64,000 nucleotides of DNA from an uncultured Spirochaetota bacterium (GTDB lineage Bacteria; Spirochaetota; Spirochaetia; SZUA-6; Fen-1364): NCBI GenBank assembly GCA_963845535.1, contig CAWJSK010000021.1, positions 64,001-128,000 of the forward strand, given 5' to 3'. The notes beneath the pieces are model-generated. The model was given only the letters and a program-made list of their open reading frames with translations. It made no database searches and was not told where the DNA came from. Both the position numbers and the translations under genes were made by a program. Shown in pieces: positions 1 to 10,664 of this stretch (positions are counted from its first letter, which is position 1; each line of letters starts with the position of its first letter).

Positions 1-1
1 C

Positions 2-1729
2 GCCTCCGCCGAGCTGCGCCTCGGTGACCGCGTGGTCTGCGAATCCGGAGACGTCATTCCCGGCGACGGGGAAGTGGTCCAGGGGATAGCGAGCGTCGAC
101 GAGTCGGCAATCACAGGGGAGTCGGCCCCCGTCATTCGCGAATCAGGCGGGGACAGGAGCGCCGTCACGGGCGGCACCCGCGTCATCAGTGACCGGATCA
201 TCGTACGCATTACGGCGGAGCAGGGAAAGACCTTCGTGGACCGCTTGATAGGGCTCGTGGAGAACGCCACGCGGCAGAAGACCCCAGGGGAGATTGCGCT
301 CCTCATCCTCCTGTCCGCGTTCTCCATCATCTTCCTGGCCGCGGTCGGCACGCTGTGGTTTTTTGCGGACTACAGCGCCAAACAGTCGGGAAGCCCGGTC
401 TTCATCACCACCGCCGTTCTGTTTGCCCTCCTGGTATGCTTGATTCCCACAACCATCGGCGGGCTTCTCTCAGCCATCGGGATCTCCAGCGTGAGCCGGC
501 TCATCAAGAAGAACGTCCTTGCCTTGAGCGGACGGGCAGTGGACGCCGCGGGGGACATCGACGTGATGCTTCTGGACAAGACGGGGACGGTGACGATGGG
601 GAACCGCATGGCGGCGGCGTTCTTCCCGGCAAAAGGGCGCACGGAAGCCGGCGTGGCGGAAGCCGCCCTGCTTGCATCCCTGCCGGATGAGACGCCGGAG
701 GGCCGGTCAATCGTCAACCTTGCGCGGAAAGACTACGCGGTGAAGGCTTCGAGCTTCCAGGACATCGGCGGACGCTTCGTGCCGTTCTCAGCAAAGACGC
801 GCATGAGCGGATTGGACTTCGATGACGAGCGCATGTGCATCAGGAAAGGCGCCGCGGAGGCCGTCAAGGAATGGGTGTCTGCCGGAGGGGGCCGGTTCCC
901 GGCGGAAATCGACACGGAAGTGAAGCGGATATCCGCGGAGGGCGGCACCCCGCTCGTCGTGGCCCGAGGGAGCGAGGTCCTGGGCGTGGTCTACCTCAAG
1001 GACGTCGTGAAAGGCGGCATCAAGGACCGGCTTGCGCACCTGCGACAGATGGGGATCCGCTCCATCATGATAACAGGGGACAACCCGCTCACCGCCGCCA
1101 CCATTGCCGCCGAAGCAGGCGTGGACGACTTCATTGCGGAAGCGACACCGCAGGCGAAGCTTGAGCGGATCAGGGACGAGCAGAAGGCCGGGCACCTTGT
1201 CGCCATGATTGGCGACGGCACCAACGACGCCCCTGCGCTCGCGCAGGCGGACGTGGGCGTGGCAATGAGCTCGGGCACGCAGGTGGCCCGCGAGGCGGGC
1301 AACATGGTGGACCTGGACTCCAACCCGACGAAGCTCATCGACATTGTCGAGGTGGGCAAGGAACAGCTCATAACACGAGGGGCGTTGACCACGTTCAGCA
1401 TTGCCAACGACGTGGCGAAGTTCTTCGCCATCCTGCCGGCGATGTTCGTGACGCTGTACGCGGTGAAGGGGGCAACGGGACCGCTCTGGGCGCTGAACGT
1501 CATGCGGCTCGCCTCTCCACAGAGCGCCGTGCTTTCCGCGGTCATCTTCAACGCCCTGATAATCGTTGCCCTGATACCCCTTGCGCTGCGCGGTGTGCGC
1601 TACCGGGCAATCGGGGCCACGCGCATCTTGCGGAGGAACCTCCTTGTCTACGGGCTTGGCGGGATCGTTGCCCCGTTCATCGGGATCAAGGCAATCGACC
1701 TGCTCGTGCACCTCCTTGGTCTGGCGTGA
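2..1729 (+). CDS. kdpB: K+-transporting P-type ATPase subunit B (5' end outside window)
   Basis: TGES, DKTGT phosphorylation site, TGDN and GDGTND motifs; frame open from base 2; followed by kdpC/D/E. Confidence 0.97.
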   Translation, partial: ASAELRLGDRVVCESGDVIPGDGEVVQGIASVDESAITGESAPVIRESGGDRSAVTGGTRVISDRIIVRITAEQGKTFVDRLIGLVENATRQKTPGEIALLILLSAFSIIFLAAVGTLWFFADYSAKQSGSPVFITTAVLFALLVCLIPTTIGGLLSAIGISSVSRLIKKNVLALSGRAVDAAGDIDVMLLDKTGTVTMGNRMAAAFFPAKGRTEAGVAEAALLASLPDETPEGRSIVNLARKDYAVKASSFQDIGGRFVPFSAKTRMSGLDFDDERMCIRKGAAEAVKEWVSAGGGRFPAEIDTEVKRISAEGGTPLVVARGSEVLGVVYLKDVVKGGIKDRLAHLRQMGIRSIMITGDNPLTAATIAAEAGVDDFIAEATPQAKLERIRDEQKAGHLVAMIGDGTNDAPALAQADVGVAMSSGTQVAREAGNMVDLDSNPTKLIDIVEVGKEQLITRGALTTFSIANDVAKFFAILPAMFVTLYAVKGATGPLWALNVMRLASPQSAVLSAVIFNALIIVALIPLALRGVRYRAIGATRILRRNLLVYGLGGIVAPFIGIKAIDLLVHLLGLA

Positions 1730-1741
1730 GAGGGAAGAAAA

Positions 1742-2311
1742 ATGAAACCAATCAGGACTGCAATCATCGTCTTTGTGTTCTGGACCATTGTGGTTGGCGG
1801 GATCTATCCGTTGCTGATGACAGGCGTCGGTGCGGCGCTGTTCCCCCGGAAGGTCCAGGGGAGCCTGGTGAGCCAGGGCGGAAAACTCGTCGGCTCGGCG
1901 CTCCTTGCCCAGGACTTCCAGAGTGACGTCTACTTCCATCCCCGGCCGTCCGCGGTGAAGTATGACCCGACGAACTCCGGCGCCAGCAACTGGGGCTGGA
2001 CGAGCTCTGATCTGAAGAAGGCGTACGACCAGCGCAAGAGCGACTGGCAGAAGGCGTACGGTCCCGGGGACCCTCCCATGGACATGCTGTTCGCCTCCGC
2101 CAGCGGGCTCGACCCTCAGATCAGCCCGGAGTCGGCGGAGATCCAGGCAAAGAGAGTGGCGGCCGCGAGGCACCTCGATGCGCAAAAGACCTCGCAGCTT
2201 CTCACTCTGGTGCAGAGCTTCGAGCAAGGGCCGCAGCTGGGCTTTCTGGGCGAGCCTCGGGTGAACGTGCTTGCGCTCAACGTGGCCCTGGACAAGGAGT
2301 TCCCAAAATAG
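1742..2311 (+). CDS. kdpC: K+-transporting ATPase subunit C
   Basis: N-terminal TM helix; YFHPRPS, SGASN, SASGLDPQIS and GEPRVNVLALN motifs. Confidence 0.97.
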   Translation: MKPIRTAIIVFVFWTIVVGGIYPLLMTGVGAALFPRKVQGSLVSQGGKLVGSALLAQDFQSDVYFHPRPSAVKYDPTNSGASNWGWTSSDLKKAYDQRKSDWQKAYGPGDPPMDMLFASASGLDPQISPESAEIQAKRVAAARHLDAQKTSQLLTLVQSFEQGPQLGFLGEPRVNVLALNVALDKEFPK

Positions 2312-2354
2312 GGAAGCGGTGAGATACTCGCGGTGATGCGCATCGGAGCCTCCC

Positions 2355-5050
2355 ATGTCGGATGACCAACGCCCAGATCCCGATGTCCTGCTCCGTGCGG
2401 TGGAAAAGGAGCGGGAGGGCAAGGGAAAGCTCAAGGTTTTTTTCGGCATGGCTGCCGGGGTGGGCAAGACGTACTCCATGCTGAAGGAAGCCCGGCAAAA
2501 ACAGACCGAGGGGATCGATGTCGTCATTGGCTACCTGGAGAGCCACCAGAGGAAGGAGACGGAGGAGCTGGCTACGGTCTTCGAGACGGTCCCCAGGACG
2601 CGGCTGGACTACCGCGGGAAGGCCCTTGAGGAAATGGACCTGGATGCCGTGCTCAAGCGAAAGCCGGCGCTGGTGCTGGTGGATGAGCTGGCACACACAA
2701 ACGTGCCCGGCGTCAGGAATGAAAAGAGATACCAGGATGTCCTCGAGCTCATTGCCAAAGGGATCGACGTCTTCACGACGGTGAACGTGCAGCACCTGGA
2801 AAGCTTCGCCGACACGGTGGAGGAGATAGCCGGCATATGCCGTCCACGAACGGATCCCGGACTCCGTCTTCGACGCCGCGGACCAGGTGGTGCTGATCGA
2901 CATCTCTCCCGAAGAGCTCTTGAAGCGCCTGGCGGAGGGGAAGGTCTACCTCGGAGACGCCGCGCGCACGGCGGTGGAGAACTTTTTCAAGAAGAGCACG
3001 CTGACCGCGTTGCGCGAGATGTCCCTTCGCTACACTGCCCTCCTCGTGGATCACGAGCTTGCAAGCTTCGCGCAGGCAAGCGGAAGGGAAACCCCCGCCA
3101 AATCAGGGGACAGGCTCCTCGTGGCCATCAGCGCGAGCCCCAACTCGGCGCACCTCATTCGCTGGACCCGGCAGAGGGCTTTCAGCCTCAAGGCGGAATG
3201 GACGGCCCTTTTCATCGAGAGCGGCCAGGTCCTGACGGAGACGGCGCAGGAGAACCTCCGGAAGAACATGAACCTGGCCCGGCAGCTCGGCGCGGCGGTG
3301 GTCGAGCATCCCCGCGGAGGATGTCGCGGAAGCGGTGCTGCGCTACGCGCGGACAAACAACGTCTCCCAGATCGTTCTGGGCAAATCTGGCCTGAGCACG
3401 CGTCCGCGCTTCGGCAAGCGCTCCGTCACGGACAGAATCCTTGCCGACAGCGGGGATATCGACGTGGCCGTGGTCCAGGAAAAAGGCACCACGGTGGTCC
3501 ATACCCCCGCGAGGCTCACCGTGGTGCTGAAGACGCATTCCGCCACGTTTGCGCTCTCCCTGGCCCTCATCGGGGTCGTAACGATCATCAACCTTCTGGC
3601 GCTGCCGGAAGTGGGCTATCACACCGTGTCGATCCTCTACCTGCTCTCCGTGATCGCCATCGCCTTCTTTGCCACCCGGCGCGCCGTCATCATCAGCGCC
3701 GCGCTGAGCGCCGTGCTGTGGGATTACTTCTTCATTCCCCCGCGGTTCACGTTCGCCATCGGCAAGCTCGAAGACGCGCTCATGATCATCCTGTACTTCG
3801 TGACGGCGGCCGCGCTGGCCTTTCTCATGACGCGCCTTCGGACAAATCAGCGCATGCTTGCCGTGCGGGAGAGGCGGGTAACGCTCCTCTACAACTTCTC
3901 CCAGAACCTCTCGCACCTGCACAGCATCCCCGAGATCGCGCAGACGAGCATCGAGCGCATCTCGAAGTACTTCGAAGCCGAGTGCATCCTCTTCCTCAGG
4001 GACTCGGAGACAACCATTGAAAAGACGGTCAGGTCCCTGTCCGCGGTGGAGATCGACGACAAGGAGCTCGGCGTGGCCCAATGGTGTTTTGCCAACAGGA
4101 CGCCGTGCGGGAAGTACACCGACACGCTGGCGTTCGCCCGCTACCACTATGTTCCGCTCCTCACCCCTGATTCCACGGTCGGCGTCCTTGGCATCCGCAT
4201 CCCCGAGGGGCGGGCCTGGCCGCATGACCAGGACCAGTTCCTCCAGACCCTGGGGCGCAACCTTTCTCTTTCCATTGAAAGGGAGCTGCTGGCGGACGAG
4301 AACAGGAAGAACCTCATGGCCAGGGAATCCGAGAGGCTGGGAAGGGTCCTCCTGAACACGATCTCCCACGAGCTGCGAACGCCGCTCACGACAATCAAGG
4401 GGTCGGTCACCGCGCTCCAGGATGCGGCAACGGCGGAGGACAGGGACTCACGGTCAGCGCTGCTTTCCGAAACGCTCACCGCAACCGACCGCCTCAACTC
4501 CATCGTCGAGAACCTCCTCAGCATGACGCGCCTGGAATCCGGCATGCTGCGCCTTTCGAAATCCTCCAATGACATCTTCGACCTGGTGTCGGTCGTCGCG
4601 GATGCCATGCGCCGCCAGTCCAAGGATCATCCCCTCTCCATCAGGGTGGATGAGGACGTCCCGCTCGTGTCCCTGGACTTCATCCTCATGACCCAGGTCC
4701 TTACGAACATCCTCGTCAACACGACGCGCCACACTCCCCCCGGGACCTCGGTGGAGATCAGCGTGGAGCGAAAAGGCCGCGGCGTGAGGATCACCGTTAC
4801 CGATGCAGGACCGGGTGTCGCGCCGGAAGAGCTTCCCCACCTGTTCGACAGGTTCTTCCGCGGAAGCAAGGCTGCCGCGGGAGGCGTAGGCCTCGGCCTT
4901 TCCATCTGCAAGGGGATCGTGGAAGCTCACGGAGGGAAGATCACCGCGTACCTGAACCGCAAGGGCGGGCTGTCGGTCTCCATCTTCCTCCCGGACAGCG
5001 TCGTGGAAGGACAGGCGGAGGAAATGCCCGAAAGGGAGGTGATCTCGTGA
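2355..5050 (+). CDS. kdpD: Sensor histidine kinase KdpD, read across two +1 frameshifts (~2838, ~3304)
   Basis: GMAAGVGKTY and LVDELAHTN (KdpD domain), Usp domain in the second frame, TM/GAF/ISHELRTPL/HATPase in the third frame; the pieces join after removing one base at each junction. Confidence 0.93.
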
Positions 5051-5736
5051 CCTCCGTGCTCGTGATTGATGACGAAGTCCAGATCCGGAGACTCCTTCGG
5101 GTCAGCCTTGAAAAACAGGGGTACGCGGTCCACGAAGCGGGGACGGCATCCGACGGCCTCCAGATGGTGCTCGGAAAGAAGCCCGACATCGTGCTCCTGG
5201 ACCTGGGGCTCCCCGACAGGGACGGCGCGGATGCCCTTTCAGAGCTGCGGACGTGGTCCACGGTTCCCGTCATCGTGCTGTCTGTGCGAAACGCGGAAGA
5301 GGAGATCGTGAAATTGCTCGACGGGGGAGCGGATGATTATCTCATCAAGCCGTTCAATACCGGCGAGCTCGTGGCGCGCATCAAAGTGGCCATCCGCCAT
5401 CGGGCGCCCACGGAGACCCAGGAGCCTTTTTCCTCCGGCCGGCTCGTTGTGGACCTGATTTCACGCGAAGTGCGCGTGGACGGGGAGCAGGTGAAGCTCA
5501 CGCCGACCGAGTACGGACTGCTTCGGATCCTCGTGCAGCACGCCGGGCGCGTGGTCACCCACGGCCATGTCCTCCGCGAGCTCTGGGGCCCGAACGTCGA
5601 GCAGGACACCAATTACCTGCGCGTCTACGTCACGGGCCTCAGGAAGAAGATCGAGGAAAACCCGCACATGCCCCGGCTCATCATCACTGAGCCGGGCGTG
5701 GGCTACCGACTCATGGTGGTGGAGCCCGGGCAATAA
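5047..5736 (+). CDS. kdpE: OmpR-family response regulator KdpE
   Basis: Receiver (DD, DLGLPD, KPF) plus winged helix (YLRVYV..LRKKIE, TEPGVGYR); GTGA overlap with kdpD. Confidence 0.95.
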   Translation: MTSVLVIDDEVQIRRLLRVSLEKQGYAVHEAGTASDGLQMVLGKKPDIVLLDLGLPDRDGADALSELRTWSTVPVIVLSVRNAEEEIVKLLDGGADDYLIKPFNTGELVARIKVAIRHRAPTETQEPFSSGRLVVDLISREVRVDGEQVKLTPTEYGLLRILVQHAGRVVTHGHVLRELWGPNVEQDTNYLRVYVTGLRKKIEENPHMPRLIITEPGVGYRLMVVEPGQ

Positions 5737-5768
5737 CGCTTCCATGAGCGCAGGCGCGGTCAAAGGGC

Positions 5769-6341
5769 TTAGGGCGTGTAGACCACGCCGATGACCTTCG
5801 CCTCCTTATCCCCCGCGCTGTGGACGTGGTGGGGGACAATGCTGTCGTAGTAGATGCTGTCCCCCGGATGCAGGACGTAGGCGTCCCTTCCATACTCGAT
5901 CTCCACGTCGCCGGAAAGCACGAAGATGAACTCCTCCCCCTCATGGGTCGAAGCCTGCGCTTCCTTCGCGGAGGCGGCATGGATGTCGATCAGGAAAGGC
6001 TCCATGTGCCGCCCCGTCTTGTTCGCCGCCAGGGAGAAGAAATCCAGGTCGCTGTGGCTGGACCGCTCCCGGCCGGAGAACCGCACCACCGCCTCATGCG
6101 CGCCGGCGCGTGAGATGACCGGCCCCATCTGCTCCTGGTCGTCGAGGAACGTGCCCAGCCGCACGCCGAGAGCGCGGGCTATCCTGATGAGAGGGCTCAA
6201 GGACGGAATGAGCGCCCCCGACTCGATCTGCCCCACATGGCCCGCGTCGAGGTCAGCCCTGTCCGCAAGCTGTTCGATCGACATGCTCCTGGATTCCCGT
6301 ATTGAACGGACCTTCTCTCCCAGCGCATTCCTGTCGGTCAC
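5769..6341 (-). CDS. XRE-family HTH regulator with C-terminal cupin domain
   Basis: N-terminal HTH (SIEQLA..IESG..PSL); cupin motifs HEGEEFIFVLSG and GDSIYYDS..PH. Confidence 0.9.
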   Translation of the reverse strand: MTDRNALGEKVRSIRESRSMSIEQLADRADLDAGHVGQIESGALIPSLSPLIRIARALGVRLGTFLDDQEQMGPVISRAGAHEAVVRFSGRERSSHSDLDFFSLAANKTGRHMEPFLIDIHAASAKEAQASTHEGEEFIFVLSGDVEIEYGRDAYVLHPGDSIYYDSIVPHHVHSAGDKEAKVIGVVYTP

Positions 6342-6344
6342 AAC

Positions 6345-7508
6345 TCACCTCCCGATCATGGGCGCCACGAGGAGCCCGATCCCGTACGTGATGGCGGCCT
6401 CCCCGAGGCCAATCAGCATCATCTCCAGCCCGCTCCTCCACCACCTGCGGCCGGTGACCACCACTTTGGCCGCGCCGACGGCGAAGTGCGCCAGCGTGCT
6501 GACCACGAAGCTGATGAGAAGCGCCGATGTACCGGTGGTGAAGACGTAGGGAAGAACGGGCACTGCCGCGCCGACGGCCGTGGCCGCGGTTGCGCTGACC
6601 GCGGAGCGCCACGGGTTGGGGAACGCCTGCTCGGAAAGCCCCAGCTCCTCGTGGGCCAGCGTCTTCAGCATCTCCTCCGGGTTCTGCGCCATGCGCGCCG
6701 CCATGGCGTCCGCTTCCGTTTCGCTGAAACCTTTGAGCTGGTAGAACAAGGACAGCTCCTGCTGCTCTTCCTCGGGATTGTCCTCGATCTCCATGCGCTC
6801 GCGGTTCATCTCCGCCTCATAGACTTCCTTCTGCGATTTGTCCGCAAGGTACGCACCGCTTCCCATGGAGAGAGCGGAGGCAACCATGGAGGCGAAGCCG
6901 CTCAAGAGAACGAACGAGCTGTTTACGTGAGTGGCGCCGGCAACGCCGCTGACGACGCCGAAGGCCGCTCCCAGGCCGTCGTTGATGCCGTAAATGGCCT
7001 GGCCGATCCAGCCGCCGCCGCGCACGTGTCGTTCCTTGCCGAGGATGCCTTGGAGCACGCGCATGGGCTGCGGCGCCTGCGGCGCCAGGGCTCCCATATC
7101 CGTGAGGACCTTGTCATGGGCGCGCTCCATCACCCCGGTCTCCTCGAACGCAATCCGGTCCTCCTCAGTCGGGGAGAGGGCCGCCAGCGTCTCATATCCG
7201 CCGTTTGCGCTGTCCTCCGCGGCCTCCATGACCTTCACCACGGCCTCGGGGCCCTTCTCCACCAGGGCCTTCCTGCGCGCTATTTCCGAGACGGTCTCCG
7301 TATACGTTCCCGGGTCCGCGCCCAGCTCGCGAAGCCGCTTCTCCCATCTCTCCGCGTGCTTCACCTCCTCCGCGGCCATACGGCGAAAGACGTCACGACG
7401 CTTCGGGTCCTTCTCATGTTCCGCGGCAGCCGCGTAGGTGAGGGCGCTGGATTTTTCATCCCGCCACGCTTTGCGAAGCTCATCGATGAACCGTTCCCGA
7501 TCACCCAT
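6345..7508 (-). CDS. Rubrerythrin/ferritin-like domain fused to VIT1/CCC1 transporter (MbfA-like iron exporter)
   Basis: E..EEVKH and E..ERAH diiron motifs; VIT1 motifs [30 protein letters not shown] before ATG 7508 (track start 7637 looks too long). Confidence 0.88.
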   Translation of the reverse strand: MGDRERFIDELRKAWRDEKSSALTYAAAAEHEKDPKRRDVFRRMAAEEVKHAERWEKRLRELGADPGTYTETVSEIARRKALVEKGPEAVVKVMEAAEDSANGGYETLAALSPTEEDRIAFEETGVMERAHDKVLTDMGALAPQAPQPMRVLQGILGKERHVRGGGWIGQAIYGINDGLGAAFGVVSGVAGATHVNSSFVLLSGFASMVASALSMGSGAYLADKSQKEVYEAEMNRERMEIEDNPEEEQQELSLFYQLKGFSETEADAMAARMAQNPEEMLKTLAHEELGLSEQAFPNPWRSAVSATAATAVGAAVPVLPYVFTTGTSALLISFVVSTLAHFAVGAAKVVVTGRRWWRSGLEMMLIGLGEAAITYGIGLLVAPMIGR

Positions 7509-7657
7509 GTGAACCTCCGGAGTCAAAGACTGAAGAGAACCATGCCCGCCCGCCGGAGCATAGCCGCCCCTGGGTACGGCGTCAACGCGGAAGGCGTGGC
7601 GGAAGGCGTGAGCCTCCCCCACCTGAGCTCGCCACAAAGGTGTATAGTGACGGGGCT

Positions 7658-8536
7658 ATGATGAAAATCCAGGTGAAGCGTTTCCGCGCGAGCAAAGGCC
7701 AAAAGATCGACCTGAAAAAGTGGCCCACCTCCGTCCCTCCCGTGTACGGCTCGAAAAAGGAATACCAGAATCTCATTGACGATCAGGTCCAGGCCTTGAG
7801 CTCGCTTCAGGACGTCCACTATGCCTCCGGGCGCACCGCGGCGCTGTTCATCTTCCAGGCCATGGACGCCGCCGGGAAGGACGGCACCATACGGCACGTG
7901 ATGTCCGGGGTCAATCCGCAGGGTTGCCAGGTCTTCAGCTTCAAGCAGCCCAGCGCGGAGGAGTTGCAGCACGACTTTCTCTGGCGCACGACACGATGCC
8001 TGCCCGAACGAGGACGGATCGGCATCTTCAACCGTTCCTATTACGAGGAAGTCCTGATTGTGCGGGTGCATCCCGAGCTTCTCCGAGCCCAGGGGATTAC
8101 CCAGGAGGGCGCTGCCGACGACTCGTTCTGGAAAGGGCGCTACCGGTCCATCGCGCAATTCGAAAGCCACCTCCATCGAAACGGGACGCACGTCGTGAAG
8201 TTCTTTCTTCACCTCTCCCGGGAGGAACAGAGGAAGCGCTTCCTTCAGCGCATCGATGATCCGCAAAAGAACTGGAAGTTCAGCGAGGCGGACATCAAGG
8301 AGAGGAAATACTGGAAGGACTACATGTCCGCCTACGAGGACTGCATCACGGAGACGAGCACGGACAAGGCGCCCTGGTACATCATTCCCGCTGACGACAA
8401 GGAGAACGCGAGACTCATCGTTTCACGGATTGCCGTCGAAACGCTCTCGGGGCTGAAAGCGGCCTATCCCACAACGCCGCCTGAAAGAAAAGAGGAGCTG
8501 GAATCCTTCCGCGCGCTCCTGGAAAAAGAGCCGTAG
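7658..8536 (+). CDS. ppk2: Polyphosphate kinase 2 family protein (single domain, class III-like)
   Basis: [11 protein letters not shown]alker [43 protein letters not shown]. Confidence 0.93.
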   Translation: MMKIQVKRFRASKGQKIDLKKWPTSVPPVYGSKKEYQNLIDDQVQALSSLQDVHYASGRTAALFIFQAMDAAGKDGTIRHVMSGVNPQGCQVFSFKQPSAEELQHDFLWRTTRCLPERGRIGIFNRSYYEEVLIVRVHPELLRAQGITQEGAADDSFWKGRYRSIAQFESHLHRNGTHVVKFFLHLSREEQRKRFLQRIDDPQKNWKFSEADIKERKYWKDYMSAYEDCITETSTDKAPWYIIPADDKENARLIVSRIAVETLSGLKAAYPTTPPERKEELESFRALLEKEP

Positions 8537-8578
8537 GAGACCAGGGAACCGGCGCGCCCGTTGCAGCCCCGTGCGCGC

Positions 8579-8613
8579 CCGCGTCGATAGTGGACACCGC
8601 GTCGATAGTGGAC
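8579..8613. repeat. Tandem duplication, 17-bp exact unit CCGCGTCGATAGTGGAC, period 18
   Basis: Copies at 8579-8595 and 8597-8613. Confidence 0.9.
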
Positions 8614-8660
8614 TTGCGCTTGCGCGCGCCTGCGGCTATAATTGATTGAACGTTCAGTCA
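8614..8660 (+). promoter_or_regulatory. sigma70 promoter with adjacent TetR-type operator
   Basis: TTGCGC(8614)-N17-TATAAT(8637); near-perfect 18-bp palindrome TGATTGAACGTTCAGTCA at 8643-8660. Confidence 0.8.
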
Positions 8661-8676
8661 TTTTAGAGGGAAGGGC

Positions 8677-9252
8677 ATGGCGCGGCCGCGGGACAGGGAC
8701 AAACCGGCGCAGATCATCGACGCCGCTTTTTCGGTTTTCGGGGAGATCGGGTATGAGGCAACGCGCATCACGCACATTGCCCAGCGCGCGGGAATCTCCT
8801 CCGGCACCATCTACACGTACTTCAAGGACAAGAAGGACCTCTTCCGGGCAACCGTCCAGGACAGGTGGGACCGCTTCCTGGCCCAGATCAGGGCGCTTGC
8901 GGATTCCGAGGAGTCGACCCGCGCGCGCCTTCAGAGCCTGATCGAGATCGGGTTCACGAGCCTCAAGGACGCCCGTCCCCTCTTGCGGGGGATGCTCTTC
9001 GAGTCGAGCCAGATGAACCTCCTCCAGGGGAACCTGGAAGAGCTCTACGCTCTCATCGAGCGGATCCTGACCCAGGGTGAGGACCCCGCGGGGCGGCCCG
9101 CGGTGGATCCGCGGCAGCGGCGCGCCCTGATACGGATCACCGTGGTCGGGGTCATTTTCTCCGTGGCGCTCGCCGTGCCGTCGCGCGTCGACCGTGAGAT
9201 CCACGCGCTGCAGCGCGCAATTGCGCTCCGCCTTCAGGAAGCAGGGCCATGA
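8677..9252 (+). CDS. TetR/AcrR-family regulator
   Basis: IIDAA..VF...GYEAT....IA.RAGISSGTIYTYFKDK HTH. Confidence 0.93.
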   Translation: MARPRDRDKPAQIIDAAFSVFGEIGYEATRITHIAQRAGISSGTIYTYFKDKKDLFRATVQDRWDRFLAQIRALADSEESTRARLQSLIEIGFTSLKDARPLLRGMLFESSQMNLLQGNLEELYALIERILTQGEDPAGRPAVDPRQRRALIRITVVGVIFSVALAVPSRVDREIHALQRAIALRLQEAGP

Positions 9253-10664
9253 CCCGCATCAGCCACCGGATCTTCGGCGCTTTTCTCTTCCTGTCCGCGG
9301 CGGCTGCCGCTGGCGCGCAGTCTTCCCCCCTGACTCTGGACCAGGCGCTGGCCCTTGCCCGCAAGAGCTCAGAAGCGGTCCGTCTCTCCGAGCTGGCCCT
9401 GGAGAAGTCCCAGGCTGGGCTGGGAGAAGCGAAAGGCAAGGCTCTCCCGCACGTGGACCTGCAGGCCTCTGGATCCTATCTCGTCAATCCACCGCCTGGA
9501 TATACCGTTGACGCAGGGGCCCTTGGCACGCTGACAATTCCAGCCAACGCGCTTTCCGCGGGCAGCCCTGCCATTCCCCTTGGCGCCATTCCGCCGAGCC
9601 CCTTCAACGTCGGCGCTTCGTTGCACAACTACTTCACGCTCACCGCCACGCTCAACCAACCCCTCTTCACGTGGGGCAAGATCAAGAACGCAATCGACCT
9701 CGCGTCTCTCCAGGCGGAGGCCGCGGGAACTGACATGAGCGCTCGGCAGAGGGACATCGACTGGCAGGTCCGAAAGTCATACTTCAGCGCGCTCCTGGCC
9801 TACAGGTCCCAGGATGCGCTGAAACGCATGAGGGACACGGCGGTCGTGATCGTTTCCGACAGGCAGAAGGGCTTCGACCAGGGAACGATCACCAGGGAGT
9901 CTCTCCTGGAAGTGAAAGCAACGCTTGCCTCCCTGGAGGCAAAGCTCACGGAAGCCGGGCAAAGCGAATCCACTGCTCTGGCGGACCTGGCGGTGCTGAC
10001 CGGGCAGGAGACGGAGGGCGCCAACCTGGCAACGGACTTCCACGCCGCGCTCCCCGCTCTGGATGAGCAGGCCCTCCTTGCCCCCTCCCTGCAAGGCTCA
10101 CCGGACATGAGCGAAGCACGCAGCCGCGTGGAGCAGGCGCGGCGCAAGCTCTCCATCGAGCAGGGCGGCGCCATCCTCCGCCCCGACGTGAACTTTGGCG
10201 TTTCTCTCGACATCTCGGGACAGGAAGACTTCCCTTACTCCGGCGCGTGGACGTTCAGCAACAACACGTGGAACGTCGACGTCCTGCTCACCCTCGGGGT
10301 GAAGATGAGCGCCTTTGACGGGTTGGAGTCGCTTAACCGCATCCGCCAGGCGGAGAAGGATGTTGACATGGCGGGCGTGGCGCTAAGCCAGCAAGCCAAG
10401 TCAGTGCGTGTCCAGCTTCGCCAGGCCGTGGAGGCGGCGGTCAGGGCTGATTCGGATGTCCAGGCGGCGCAGGCCCGCCTCGACTATCTCCAGGAGAAAC
10501 TGCGGAATGCCGGGGTGGCGCTGGCTAACGGGCAGGCGAGCCGTGAGGACCAGCAGAACGCAGCCATCCAGGCGGATTCCGCGGAGCTCGACCTGCTCTT
10601 TGCGCGGTACTCCCGGGAGGAAGGCCTCGCCGACGTCGAGAAGATCACCGGAGAGCGTCCATGA
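9249..10664 (+). CDS. TolC-family outer membrane efflux protein
   Basis: Signal peptide, LTLDQALALA, QPLFTWG, two OEP-like halves; in operon with RND and MFP. Confidence 0.88.
   Translation: MTRISHRIFGAFLFLSAAAAAGAQSSPLTLDQALALARKSSEAVRLSELALEKSQAGLGEAKGKALPHVDLQASGSYLVNPPPGYTVDAGALGTLTIPANALSAGSPAIPLGAIPPSPFNVGASLHNYFTLTATLNQPLFTWGKIKNAIDLASLQAEAAGTDMSARQRDIDWQVRKSYFSALLAYRSQDALKRMRDTAVVIVSDRQKGFDQGTITRESLLEVKATLASLEAKLTEAGQSESTALADLAVLTGQETEGANLATDFHAALPALDEQALLAPSLQGSPDMSEARSRVEQARRKLSIEQGGAILRPDVNFGVSLDISGQEDFPYSGAWTFSNNTWNVDVLLTLGVKMSAFDGLESLNRIRQAEKDVDMAGVALSQQAKSVRVQLRQAVEAAVRADSDVQAAQARLDYLQEKLRNAGVALANGQASREDQQNAAIQADSAELDLLFARYSREEGLADVEKITGERP

Noticed and set aside
2355..5050. 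Naturally split KdpD or programmed frameshifting
   Set aside because: The breaks fall inside domains, repair with single-base removals and lack slippery heptamers; similar indels occur across the window
8579..8613. CRISPR array (also considered at 33324 and 59807)
   Set aside because: Only about two adjacent short copies, no spacers, no cas genes
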